A stretch of 60,584 nt of DNA, filler included, from Platydemus manokwari (taxonomy: Eukaryota): assembly GCA_037951405.1 (NCBI GenBank). It is 5 parts of 5 records of this genome, joined end to end, with 100 filler letters (N's around TTAATTAATTAA, not from the genome) between each part and the next. Parts side by side here need not be neighbours in the genome. Positions count along the whole stretch, not along the records: positions 10,373 to 20,436 come from JBBMOY011172767.1; positions 20,537 to 31,167 come from JBBMOY011118108.1; 3 more parts are not named here. One strand, 5' to 3'. Made by a program: the position numbers and the translations under genes. This document shows, one piece after another, positions 10,444 through 23,541 of the stretch; the stretch's first letter is position 1, and each line of letters opens with the position of its first letter. The notes under the pieces were generated by a model. It saw nothing but the letters and a program-made list of their open reading frames with translations, did no database searches and had not been told where the DNA came from.

Positions 10444-13400
10444 TGGTCAAAGAGACAAATAGAACCGCAACGATAGAGGAAAGTTTTTTGCCTATTAAGT
10501 ACAACTCCTGGTCGCCTTTCTATCCTTGACTAAAGACGGATGATTGATTGACCTGATAATAAAAAGAACAATTTATAATAATTTTTAAAATTTTATTAAT
10601 TTTCTAAATTTTTATCGATTTCCAAAAATATTTATCAAATCATTAAATCATTTTATAAATCATTAAAAGTTGAAAAATAAGATAAAAAACAAATTTTAAT
10701 ATATTCTCGTCTCGGTTTTGTAATTTTTTCCTTTGTAAGTAGCCGTTCTGAGATTTTTTCTTAGGTAATATTATTTGTGGTTCTGCGAATGCCTTTGAAC
10801 GAATTTAAATGAGTTCACTGGCACCTGTTACTTGCTTTTGTAAATGATTGATTTGAATCACTTACCACTATATGTAAATTATTAATTAATAATTAATTAA
10901 TAATTAATTAATTAATTATTATTTGTATTTATTTTCGTTCAGATTCTCAAATAATAATCGTTTCCTCTTCTAAGTCAGAATCTAATCTCTCAGTTTTTAA
11001 ATCCTTGCCAAAATCGTAAGTAATTAAAACAAAAAAACAATCAATTACCTTGTCTATTAACAAGAACAATTGTTTGTCGATTTTCTAACAAATGATTTTC
11101 TCAATAATACACACACACACACTCACAGGGATAACTTAATCAATTCACTCGGCGAATTTCTGTAAAATTCAATAAGAAGAATTTATAAATCAATTTCACC
11201 ACTCTGCAGTAATATTCTAATAATTAATTCACCACATTTGCATAGGTCAAAATTTAAATTTCTCATCAGCTTTAATGAGTTGGTACTTTGGTAAACATTT
11301 GTTTCTATGTAGTGACAATTTTGCATAGACTCTACAATAATATTTTTTAAATGATTAGGCGGATAAATGGTTTATAACTGGCGTCACTTCTACTATCAAA
11401 CAATAGAGAATGATTTGTTTTAATTAAACATTATTTAATTGTCTTTTCTATTATTTCATTTTAATATTTATTTATAGCCGCAGTGATTTTATTTTAACGT
11501 TGACAATCTACTTTTAAAGCTAAACATATTGCGCTCCGTTATTACTTTATTTAGCTAATCGTTTTGTATTACTTTATTTTTATTTGTGGGGGTCTTTATA
11601 TGTACATTGTAGACATCTACTAGCACTAAATATTTACAATCATTAATATTACAATTTAAAAATCAAATTCCCGACATTCACACTCTGAATAGTGCTCAGT
11701 CAATTATCAATTTACAATGCGAGGATTACACCAAAAGGATTAAATTGTGACAAAAAATGACGATTATGAAATTGGTTGTCAAAAAAATCACTCAAAAAAT
11801 TAGGATAAATAAAACGTTACTAATCAAGGCAGCCTGGAATTACTCACGAGGTTAAATTCATCTTATATATCTGTCGTGTGCGTTTATCTGCTATCTTGTA
11901 GCTTTTATTTTCATTCTTTAAACAACTATGGTGCCATGAAATGAAATACATTTGTTGACTATTCTCTGATTCAGCAAGGGCTGACAATGAACTGTGTGAT
12001 GACAGTACAGATGGATTTGTATTAACTGAAAATCAGAATACATTTTAATTAGCGGTAGTCTATTAATCAACAATTTCAAAACGGTTTTAAATCAATAAAT
12101 ATGTTAATGCGAAACATTTACTTGATGTTATCTCAAAACTCGAAGATCGATTATAATAAATTTTTATTTATGAACAATGTAAATTATCGAACCAAAAAGT
12201 AATAAAACAATTGCTGATAAAATGTGCAATTCAATAATTAAGTGTGTCACCGCTAATTCCTTAAGACTTACGGAGGAAGATGGTAGCAATGAAACATTTG
12301 AGGATTAAACTTGATATAAAATCAATGATAACATCAGTAATGATAGTAACTAAGATTAACATTACTAAATAATGTAACTGCAACCAAACAGCCATCTAAA
12401 TATATCCTTGCTACTTAATTTTCTCCACATGATGGGATAAATAAAACATGAAAAAATCCTCGGCAAAACATAATTCTTTGAATATCAACCATAAATGGGT
12501 TTCAAAAGAATTATAACTAATTTTAGTTTGATTTTCTGTGGTAGTCTTGATTATCATACGTATTTACAGTGATGTTCTGCATGCATCGTGCCGGTGTTCA
12601 CCAACTGATTCATCTAAATTCTCAGCATTCATGTGGCTTTGCCATATTTTTGAAGTTACTTATTTTATATTATAGACATTTAAATTTCTTTTCTATTTTT
12701 GTTTTTATTTTACTTTATTAACCTTAATTTTATATTTATAATTTTATAATTTATTATTATTATAATTTATTGTTATTATAAGGTTTTCTAATGATGTTTA
12801 AAGGAATAAAATTATTTGAGTGTTGAGATTCATTTGGAACTTCTCTGATATTAAATTTACGGATTTCGGGAATGTTTACAGAATCGGTATACGTTTAAAT
12901 ATAATAATTGGGTTTTGAGAATAAGATTGGAAATGATCGGGTGAAAACGATGTCTAACTATGGAATTTAGTAATTCTGAATTGTATGGAATATCATGCAA
13001 TGTAAAATTTTCTTTACAATCACTTTTTTCCAAGAAACCTATTATCCTCCTGTCAATTCGTGCGCCGAAATATTCAATGTTGCTTTTCGAAATTTCTATT
13101 TAATCAATCACCACAAATTAAGTATCGAGGACTGTTTCAAAAAGTCGTATTAATTTTATTAACTGCAATCATTTGTGATAGTGGCTCAGGTGGAACGGCT
13201 GTATTTATATTTGCATTTTCGAATCATTTAAATATTCTCATTGTTTGAATTTTCGACTTAAATTAATTAAATTTTCTTCTTTATGTTGCTAGTCTGATTT
13301 TCTAAAAGAATGATTTTGATTTGCAAATTATATTGAGAATTCATGGAATTTAAAAATCTAATTTATTTTTGACGAATGTATAAAAATATAAATCATATTA

Positions 13401-15175
13401 ATAAATAAATAGATAATTTTCAGGTACAATAAAACAAAATAAGAATGATATATTGACAGATTATTATTGAGTATCGGGATTGGCTTAGATTGTGAGTGTG
13501 TTTTATTGGCTCTCACTGGGATTCATCTATACCAGCTGTCCTTTATCGGAGATTCAACATCAAATTATTGTGCAGACCTTCGAAACGAGTTGCTCTTGGA
13601 TTATAATTATTTCTACCGTTGAGTGTGTAAAAAAATTAAAACAAAGTTACCACGAAAAACCTTCAAAAGGTTAGACACACACAGACTCGAGGTATACACG
13701 TGCCAATGAAGGATCAAATACCTCCAAAATACTAATCTACACATATAATTTGATTATCAATTGGCGTACATCAAAAAGACGAAACAAACACTAAAGTATT
13801 CCAATGGCAAGAGAGTTAAAGGAAACCTACCAACTAACTAATAGGTAAACTGTTTCAGTGAATAGAAAAGATCAGATCGGTCTTACTTAGTCAATATTTT
13901 TTGTCCGTCTTAATCTTTTGAGTTACTATGACCAATGACCAATCTTTTGCGGTCGTTGTTTCTGTTTTTACTCTATCTTTCAGATGCTGATCCAGTTGTG
14001 AATTGATTATTGAATTTGCTATTGCGTGTGCAATTCAGGGTATTGATTATTTGATAATTTAATTCAACCTGTAAATTTGTGGTTTATAATTATAATCTTG
14101 ATATTCAGCGTTAGTAAACACACATAACACTGTCCTCTCTCTTTCCTTATGATCTATCGACCTTTCGTCACCTGTGTCTGAAAGTTTCCAGTTGGGATAA
14201 TGTCCATTGACAAAGCCGCAATTTGTGGTCAACTGCCCTAGTGATATAATTATAAATACACTGCTTCTTATGTTTTCTTGAGTTCGATATTCCTGGCACA
14301 CTGTAATCAGAATCTGTATCATTTCTCTAACCCTAAAGCTAATTTTTTATGAAAAATAACAAAACTATCAAAAAATAATAACATGCTTGCAATATGTTAG
14401 CAACCTATTCGTTCTTAATCAGTAATTTTCTTTAATTACTCTATTTAGACATTTTTATCTGCGTGTCACATTCTTTTGTTCCTTATTAGACTAACTTTTA
14501 TTTCTTGCATTGTTAATGCTTTTCTTTAAATTGAATATTCGATTCCTTTTATGTTCCTACTTCTATCAGTTTATAACGTTTCTGAGATTATTCTATTTAA
14601 ATGTTAAAAGGATATTTAAAATCAAAGCATCTATATTTATAAGAATTCCATCAAATATTTTTGATGAAGTTAGAATGGAAAACATCAAATGTTGATCATT
14701 TTAAAGTGATTATTCTTTGTGTTTCATCTGAAGTCCTCACTTTTATTCTCTTTTATACTGAATAAGCTTCTCCACTAAATTGAAATAATAAATCTTGGTA
14801 TTCATTAAGTTCAATATATTGCTATGGAGTTATAAATGTGTTTCATGACATTTGTTATACAAGTCGATCAAAAAACTGTCAATTTCTGAATGAAAAGAGC
14901 TTGTAAATAGTGTCTTTTTTAATATTATTATTTTTTATCAGAATAAATTTGTGTTGTGTATGTTCATTGCGAAGGTTTCACAGTTTCATTTAATAAAATC
15001 TGAGAATAGGGATTCATAGATAATGGATTGTTTCCATATAGGTGAACAAAGTCATAATTCAAAATTATATTTCCTAGATTTGTCCTTAGTTATTCAATTA
15101 TTTAGTCTAAAACAGTCGCATGCACTTATTTTTGAAATGATAATAACACATTCAAAAATATATTTGAATATATAT

Positions 15176-16096
15176 TGATGGAAACCGGTTGGGTTGGGTT
15201 ATTTGGTAATAAATTAATAATAAATCAGCGATTTTTCAATCGATAATTTACTACATTATTATTAGATGCGAGACCATGAGTTAGGGATTGATGTTTCCAC
15301 CAATATCTGAAACTTCACAGATTAATAGGTTGCGTGTAGATGAATTATATAAATATGAATAATATAAATAGTGATAACAATAAAAATATGCTAAAATACT
15401 TTATTATAATAACAATTAGTAAATGTGTGATGCAATAGATTTTAGAAAGAGAAGCTTGTCATGCCCTGAAGAGTTTTATCAGTAATGAAAAACCGCCGGA
15501 GGGAACTAAGTGGTATGAAAACTAAAGAAATTTGATTTTAATGCTCACAAATTCAGTTATGACTTTGCGAGGTATTAGAGGCTGACAACAAATCTCCTTT
15601 CGGAGAATGATATCAGTGGTTTAATAGAAAAAATCAAGTTTACCATTTGTGAATATATACGTTGCTGAATAAAGATTGATCAAAGTGACTTGTCGAACGC
15701 TGAATAAATTATGGAGTAATTCTGGAACTCGTCGAAACTCGAATGTATAAAAATCGTTGAACATTGAATTGATATTGGAGTCATCTTGAAACTCGAATAT
15801 ATGATCCTGTCAGATTAATTCGATTTTGTGGCGAAAATATTGAATATTTATAGTGATTTTGGATGTGGGCGCATGATTAATATTATATTTAATTTGCTAA
15901 TTCCCTTGGCACTATCCACCGTTGTCATGGAAATTTATGCTTATTAATGCCATGGCAACGTGGATTAATAGTCATTTTTCAAAAATTTTATGGCTACTAT
16001 TAATATAATTACATTTAAATTAACATGGGTTTATTTGCAATTATTATTATGTATATTATATTATAAGGCTTGCAGCCTGCATGGTTATTCCCGACA
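15176..16096 (-). mobile_element. Solo LTR (~921 bp), Ty3/gypsy type
   Basis: Starts TG (TGATGGAAA) and ends CA (TTCCCGACA), flanked by a 4-bp TSD ATAT (15172-15175 and 16097-16100). TATA-like CTATAAATA on the minus strand at ~15845-15853. Internal GAAACTCGAAT and GCTGAATAAA repeats. Confidence 0.7.
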
Positions 16097-17334
16097 ATAT
16101 GATATTAATATTATACAGATTTAAGTGTAATTAAACAAGCGCAATTTTTTTGAGTATTAAAAATATTGAAATGAAAAACTGATTTACTTAAATATTTGCC
16201 AAATTTTATAATGAATTCTATAATTATGTTTTTTAAAATTTCATGATTAAATGAATTTTTATAAAAATAGTAATTTCGGAGACTTAGATATGAATTAAAA
16301 TGGATTTCAATTGCATTTAGTTATTCTAGTTATAGACATCATGATTTCATATATTGATGAAGCGCGTTGAATGATTAACAGAACCGTGTTGATAACCAAA
16401 GTTTAGAAGGTAAATTAAGATATTAAACGTATAAATAAATTATCCGGCATTGCTTACCTTCAATTAAATTTTGTCTGTACATTGTAATTATTGGCTATAG
16501 AGTTCTCATTTTTGTTTTATATTGGAAATAAGAAGCCATCGTAATATTGGTAAATTTTCTTTCTAAGTTAAATAACTTAAATTTGCATCCTTTATTTTTA
16601 AAGAATTTCACACCATTTTGTGATGATTAACTAACTGATGGAAATCAATTGAAGGTAGATTTTTTACGTAATTATATGTAAAAATATTTAGGATTTCGAA
16701 TAAAATAGCAAAAAAATAAAATTAAAATAAATTCAAATTATAATCACAACAATTCTTATATTTGTGGAATTGCCATGTGGGTGAATATTTGCATTGGCAA
16801 GAAATTTTCTTTAGATTTCCACTGCTACACGGGTCCAAATACGAATCGAAGCTATTAATTAAAAATGTATTTATTATTGTCTTAATTATTAACCAATGCG
16901 ATTTCTTTAATAATATAACACTATTTGTTATGAATGTAAATATTTAGATTATCTCTTTATATGCTTCTGATTCGCTTTTCTTAGAATATTTTAAAGCTTT
17001 AGTTTGTTTAATTTTTGTTTCAAACAATAAAATTATTTTCAGATAATTAAATGAAAAATTCAAAAATGATTTTACGAATACAATTAAATAAACTGGCTTA
17101 AGTTAAGAAAAGGGTCCTTTGACCAAATTTTAAGATATTGATTTTTCTTCTGTTGTTTGATATTAAAATTCAATCGTAATCGTATTGTAATGAAATTTTT
17201 GCATAAAGTTCAATTTTATATAAATATTATAAAACAATTCTAACAATCCTTATATATTATAGATAATTGTTTCACAAAATTACAATTAAATAAAAGTATA
17301 ATTTTAAATATAAAAATTCTATTTAATCTGTATT

Positions 17335-17493
17335 TATTGCGCTTAGAGTCGATGCGCTTCGGTTGCAGACTTGAAAGAAGAAACAATTCTTACTATATGC
17401 CTCCAGTCTTTCAACAATTCAAATACAATGTCTTCGACGTCTGCTATTATATTTAGCTCCTCTAAAATAGGTCTCATCAATTTCTACGGCTTC
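17335..17493 (-). mobile_element. Merlin (IS1595-like DDE) transposase relic
   Basis: Manual translation EAVEIDETYFRGAKYNSRRRRHCI*IVERLEAYSKNCFFFQVCNRSASTLSAI matches the Merlin pattern VEIDE..F..RKYNRGR...ER...CF...V..R.A.TL..I. Confidence 0.8.
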
Positions 17494-20436
17494 CAATTAT
17501 TTTCTATGCCAAGCTATGCCAATTCATAGGTGTGGAATTTACAAATTTTTACCTTAATGAATATTTTTAGAGTCTTAGTTTTATTTTAATAAAAATTGTC
17601 AATATTTGTTGATTGTTGGTTTGATTATGGGGGTCATTTAGCTAATAAAGTTTGAGTGTCATTCCTGTGCACCAAAAATACTTTATTCATAATGTCAAAA
17701 AGGAACAAGGCTGAATTGTTGAACTAAGTCCCTATTCAAATTCGGAAACTTGTTATTTGATTTGAATGAAATCTTTATTTCATTATAGTATGGACAGGTT
17801 TTGGATCTATGTATCCAATCTATTAAATAGATATTAATATGATTATTTTTAGATAAAACACAAGTACCTAGTTCCTGATACTCCTCAATAATCAACAAGT
17901 CACTTTTTTTATAAAACAATTCTAAAAATCTTAGATATCATTTCATTTTCTTTTAATGTTGAAAATGAGGTCCTCGATAATTTTCAATTAATTGCTTTTT
18001 GGCCTACTTTGACCCGTTTTTTAAATAATTAATTTTTACTATACATTAAAAATTCTGTGTATTTAATATTTCATTATAAACCAATAAAATTTATCTCAAG
18101 TAATTAAATAAAAAATTCAAAATGTTTTTAAAGAATTTAATTAAAAATAACTATATAGATTTTTGCACTACACTCCACAAATCTAAAATTTTAATTTAGT
18201 GCTCTTTATTTTAAATTTAGCCAATAAACTGTGTATATTTTTGTAATAGACTCAAAAAAATTAATTTTATTTTAAAATACCTTAACTTTAGCCAAAATGT
18301 ATTCCAATAATTAAGGCAATAGTTTTCACAACTTCAAAATTTTTTTAATTACAGTATATAAAACTGTAATTTGAAGACTATTTTATAATCATATAAGCAT
18401 TAACAGACAGAGTCAATTCCGTTTAGAAAAATCGATTATTTTCAGAACTATTATTGAAACAAAAGTTCTATGTTATCCATAAATATTACATGTCGGCTAG
18501 ACGAAAGAGATGTTCTAGCAAAATCAATTTGTTATTTCACTATTACTAGCATTTCTCAGAAATATCCAGAAAAATGAACAGAAAACGAAAAGTCATTATT
18601 TCAGTCAGTAATTATATTAAAATAATCAATGGATAATCCAGCGCAATTAAAACAAGAACTATCATTATTAAAGTCAATTATTCCTGATTCATAACCCAGA
18701 AATTTTTATAGATTTGTGTTGCCAAGGGAATATAGTGACCACACTTATTCAGAATATCTGACAGTTAATTCTATCAGTGAAAACAATATAATATGTAGCT
18801 CTAATCAAATCAGTGATTAATTTAATTACTTTAAAGTTTTTGGTTAAGAAAATTTGATTGGTAGATCATTTGGTTCAGGTTTTCTTGTTTTAATAACCAA
18901 TAGGAAAGTAAAAAACGAAAAGTACTGGCATTATTTCCAGTTCATATTCGGAAATTTATGATGGTTAAAATTTCTTGGACGAAACAAAATAACAATTACA
19001 GAAGATTTTTCCTAATCATCTAACTGACAGTTGAGTGCTCATTAGATTGTCAGATTTACTTTTAATTAATCTAATTTTATTCTAATACTAACCGTTGTCC
19101 TTGGATACTGTTTTCAAATTGATTTTGAAATATATTAGCAGGTGTTCTTTCTAAAGATTCTGGTTTTAGAATATAAAATCATTTTCATTGCTATAATGGT
19201 CGATTAAAACAATAAATTTAATTAAACGACGACATTTAATTTCGATGATTCGTTTGTAGCACAGTTTTGTAAGCGATCAACTTGACAATCGACCCAAAAC
19301 ATTAACCATAAGTGGATTTGGTAATTGTTGTCATTGGTTCCAAATAAATTTGAACAAGTCTTCCAGCAAAAAATATCGAAAAGAATATAAATGTTTTCGA
19401 CAGATCCATTGCACTACATAAAATCTATTCACACTGATTAGCGGTTTTTTTATTTTGTTTACTTTTTCTTATAAATCAATAACAATACTTGGATTTCTTT
19501 CACGTTTAATCAATATAGGTCGTTTATTTGAAAATAAACCCAAATAATATATGGAAATTGAATTATAAACTCATATAAAAAGAATGTTAGAGAGAAATTT
19601 TTAATCTGAAATTATCATTACCATAGCAAACAAACTGAAAATGCTGAAATATATGACATGGATTTTCAAAAGGTTCCTTTGAGTGAGAACACGATAAGAT
19701 AAAGATATAGCCACAGATAAATTTTGAGAATCTCTGGTAACCATAAAACATCTCAATGTTGACAAATAGTTTAGTAAAAATTATTTAAAATCTATACAAA
19801 GAATTATATTATTATTTTAATATAATTTTAATATAATTATTTTCTTTATGTATATACGAAAACACTTAAAATGTTCTTGATTTCTAAAGTTGAAATTATA
19901 AAAACATAAGAAGGTTTCTAAAAATTCGAGCTAAATTGACCTATACATAATGAAGATGCATAAATGATTATAAATTGATAATAATAATAATGATAATAAT
20001 TATGTTATTATTCCATAACATAAATGGTTTTAAAAAATTCATATAAAATATCTATTTACTTAAAATATTCAAACAAATTATTTATCGGAATGATTTTATT
20101 ATAAATTATCATTTCCAAATTATTTGATTTTAGAATCCTCACAAGATTTCTTTAAAAATTACACACACGCGCATACTAATCACCAAAAGTACGGATAAAC
20201 AAAATATGGATAAATAACAATAGAAAAGTTTTGTTTGTTGCCTAAATTATAAAAAACAAACAAGAATAAATAACACTTATTCGAATCATTCAGGGAGAAA
20301 TTTACCTCTATATTGCCTTATTGCGAGGTAATTTTTATATTATTTTCATATTTTTTCAAGATTATGTTGTCGCTTAATTAAAAATATAGGCCGATGCTCC
20401 ATTGTTCTCTTATATTTCTGGTGTTTTAAACTCCAT

Positions 20437-20536
20437 NNNNNNNNNNNNNNNNNNNNNNNNNNNNNNNNNNNNNNNNNNNNTTAATTAATTAANNNNNNNN
20501 NNNNNNNNNNNNNNNNNNNNNNNNNNNNNNNNNNNN
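20437..20536. other. Assembly gap with artificial TTAATTAATTAA linker
   Basis: N-run with the linker at 20481-20492. Confidence 0.97.
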
Positions 20537-22843
20537 AAGGCTTGTTCACAACAAATCTTCCCTACCAACATATTTGTATCTTAACGCTCATTTCATACCG
20601 GTACACCTGATATGTCATATATTCGAAATGATCTCTGTATCAGATTCTCTAAATATATTTCTACATAAAAATCCCAATCTTCTTCATTTTATCTATTAAT
20701 CTATCTTCTCTATTTATCTGCATTCTTTTCTATAGATTTTGTGAATCGATTTTCTTAAATAGTCCTTCTATTTCATTAACAACGAATTAGAAACGAACCT
20801 AAAAGCTTCAAACCACAAAAATGAATTTAATCTATCTATTTAAGCTATCTATGTGACCTTTTATACTTTTCCAGAATTGATCTTCTCATACCTTAATCCA
20901 AATGTTAGCTGTCACCATGTCATCTGTGTTGTTATAAATGCATTATGATAAATTCGATTAGAAAAATATGACATTTATATTAAGTAAACAATCATTGTTT
21001 GCAGTAAATGTTTGTCATTTTAATGTAAACAAAAATATTTCATTTTATTAGATATAGGACATCTATCTAGTTTCTTAATATGTTATTATATTGCATTAAC
21101 TCAGATCCTGTAATTATCTTGAAATTATTTATCAATCATCGATCAATAATCAATCAAGAATCTAATTTTATAAATTACTTTCACTTATCTTGAATATCAG
21201 ATAAATAATTCGAAATGATTTTCAATTCTGTTTAATTAATATATTGATTAAGATCAACAAATAATGAATTTATGGTAATAAATAAATTCAAATTATCAAC
21301 AAAGTTTCTTTTGCGATCACAGAAAATTTAATTATTAAAAATATCGATAATTTATTTCTAATTATCAAAAGCCTTGATTTTCGTAGTTAAACTATGTGCT
21401 TATTTTTTCTATGATAATGTGGATAATTCGTGAAGGTTAATGCATCTCTAGATTGAGTAGTTGAGAATAAATGTTTGAAAACGCCTCAAGTAGAACTTGA
21501 ATTGAAAAATCGATTTCATAAGCTCAAAGTGGCTTTTGTTTCGAATAAATTTACTTCTAACTTGTTAATATTTATTTGAACATTGGCCCATCAAGAAATG
21601 TGGTTATTTTGTGCATTCTAATATTATTTTCCCAAACAAGACAATGAAAACTTTATCTTCATTCTATTTTATCATGATTGATCTTGAATTCATCGAGTTA
21701 ATAGTTTATAATCTAGACATGAAAAATGAAACAAAGGTTTGTCATTCGAAATATCCTTTGTTTTTGCTTCATCATTTCCTTTCAGATATCATCGTGGTTA
21801 GTATTAATAAGAGCACAAAACTGGTTGATAATTTTTCTGACTACATGTTATTGGATGTTCGTTGAAATATTTTTGTACAATTCCAAGCGTTGAAGTTAAT
21901 AGAATCATATTACACTTTGTGGCTTCATTTCGCATTTATTAAGTTCGTCTCCACTTTATAGAAAACGTTTAAGACACACAGCTCGTATTTGTCAACATTT
22001 TCCTGATGTCATGACTGGTTTTTAACGACCTATCTTTATAATATTGCCGAGTAAAGACGAAATCTCGTAAAAGAAAACAGAAATTACACATTGCGATCCA
22101 CATGTTAGCACTTCAAGTATTTGCCTACATAACAATACATTCATAACAACCAACCAATCACAGAAGATTTAAATGAAAAATTTTAATTCGATAAACAGAC
22201 TTCACTACACAGTAACACACTTGTGAATTGACCAACCGCGAGTATTCAGAATCAATAAATCCATCTCAGGAAAACAAATCACTCATTCAAAGCTTGAACA
22301 ATCACCACACATAACGATTGTTAGCTCCCACTAATTCGTAAAGAAAAGCATTGAAAACGAAATGGCAATTCACAACACATAAAAGTACATTTAAAAACAT
22401 CATGAATTCTCGATGTAAACCATTCCAATATTAATTCATTTTAACATCCCCTCAATAATCATAACGAATTATTTTATATATTAATTAATATATTATCTAA
22501 TGAAGATTATCGATAATTATATAATTATTGCGCTACAGATTTATCTGATTGGCAAAAGAGGAATTTTATTAATGAAATCAATAGTTTTTGCATTATTTTT
22601 AAAACAAGTTATAAAAATATTATTCTATTTTCATTATATCTTCTCTGCTTCCAATGATAAAGTGGAGATGCCTTCAGTGAAATGCATACCTAAAAATAGA
22701 AAGTGTTTATATTAGTTTTATAAATTATATCAAACGTTATCTATATGATGTCAGGGTTATTAATATGTTGTCATGATTTAAAGTTTACTAAAATCCGAGT
22801 TCGACTTATTAAGAGATATGATCAGACTCCAGAAATCAATTGT

Positions 22844-23541
22844 TAGTGGTTTTAAACCGGGGTACCACCAGTACACTCCATTAGTTCTGCAATTTCTAAA
22901 TTACTAAATTAAAACAACGAGCAAATAAATAACGTGCTAAATTCAATTTTGAAAATCTATTTTATTATTATTATTATTATTATTATTTTATTTTATAAAT
23001 ATACTAAATTTAGCATAATTAAACTTGTAGCATTTTGAAGATCAATTTGTTCTACCATTATTAGGTTTGTTTTTATATATTTTGATTGCTGGTTGAAAAG
23101 GAATATCCTGCAATTGTCCAGAAAGCTCAACGACTTCGTATGCAATTTTCAATCTCATATTTGTGTGAATTTGAATTTTCAGCTCTGACAACCGTCAAAC
23201 ACAAGAAATGAGCACAATTGCTGACTGTGGAAGACGAGCTTTATGTGTGTCTGTCAAAAACACAACCGATTCTCAAATAGTTGTGCAAGAAATACCAGGC
23301 TGAAATTGTCCACTGAGTTTTTGATAAGAATAAATTTAGTCTATTAAAACAAACATGTACAATTTTGTTTTAATTTCATCAACAAACATGTGCAATACTC
23401 TGAACATAAATACTGTTATTTCATTTTTAAAAATAAATACTGTTTACTGCATAAAACAATTAAATTATTGCACAGTGGATCATCGAGCCAAACGAATGTT
23501 TCTGTGGGGTTCCTCTCCATCGAAAAGGTTGAAAACCACTG
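22844..23541 (+). mobile_element. hAT (Buster/Charlie-type) non-autonomous deletion derivative
   Basis: TIRs are (T)AGTGGTTTTAAACC at 22844 and GGTTGAAAACCACTG ending at 23541. 23101-23316 translates EYPAIVQKAQRLRMQFSISYLCEFEFSALTTVKHKK*AQLLTVEDELYVCLSKTQPILK*LCKKYQAEIVH*, the Buster C-terminal dimerisation region. The right flank CCCTAACT fits the nnnTAnnn target; the left TSD is not preserved. Confidence 0.88.

Noticed and set aside
11150-12350. Possible P-element/THAP9 transposase relic (TNQGSLELL, SLKLMRN)
   Set aside because: The motifs are short, on opposite strands and heavily interrupted; not supportable without a search.
12500-13350. Possible non-LTR gag zinc-knuckle relic (QKYG, GEH..C) on the minus strand
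   Set aside because: Too degenerate to call.
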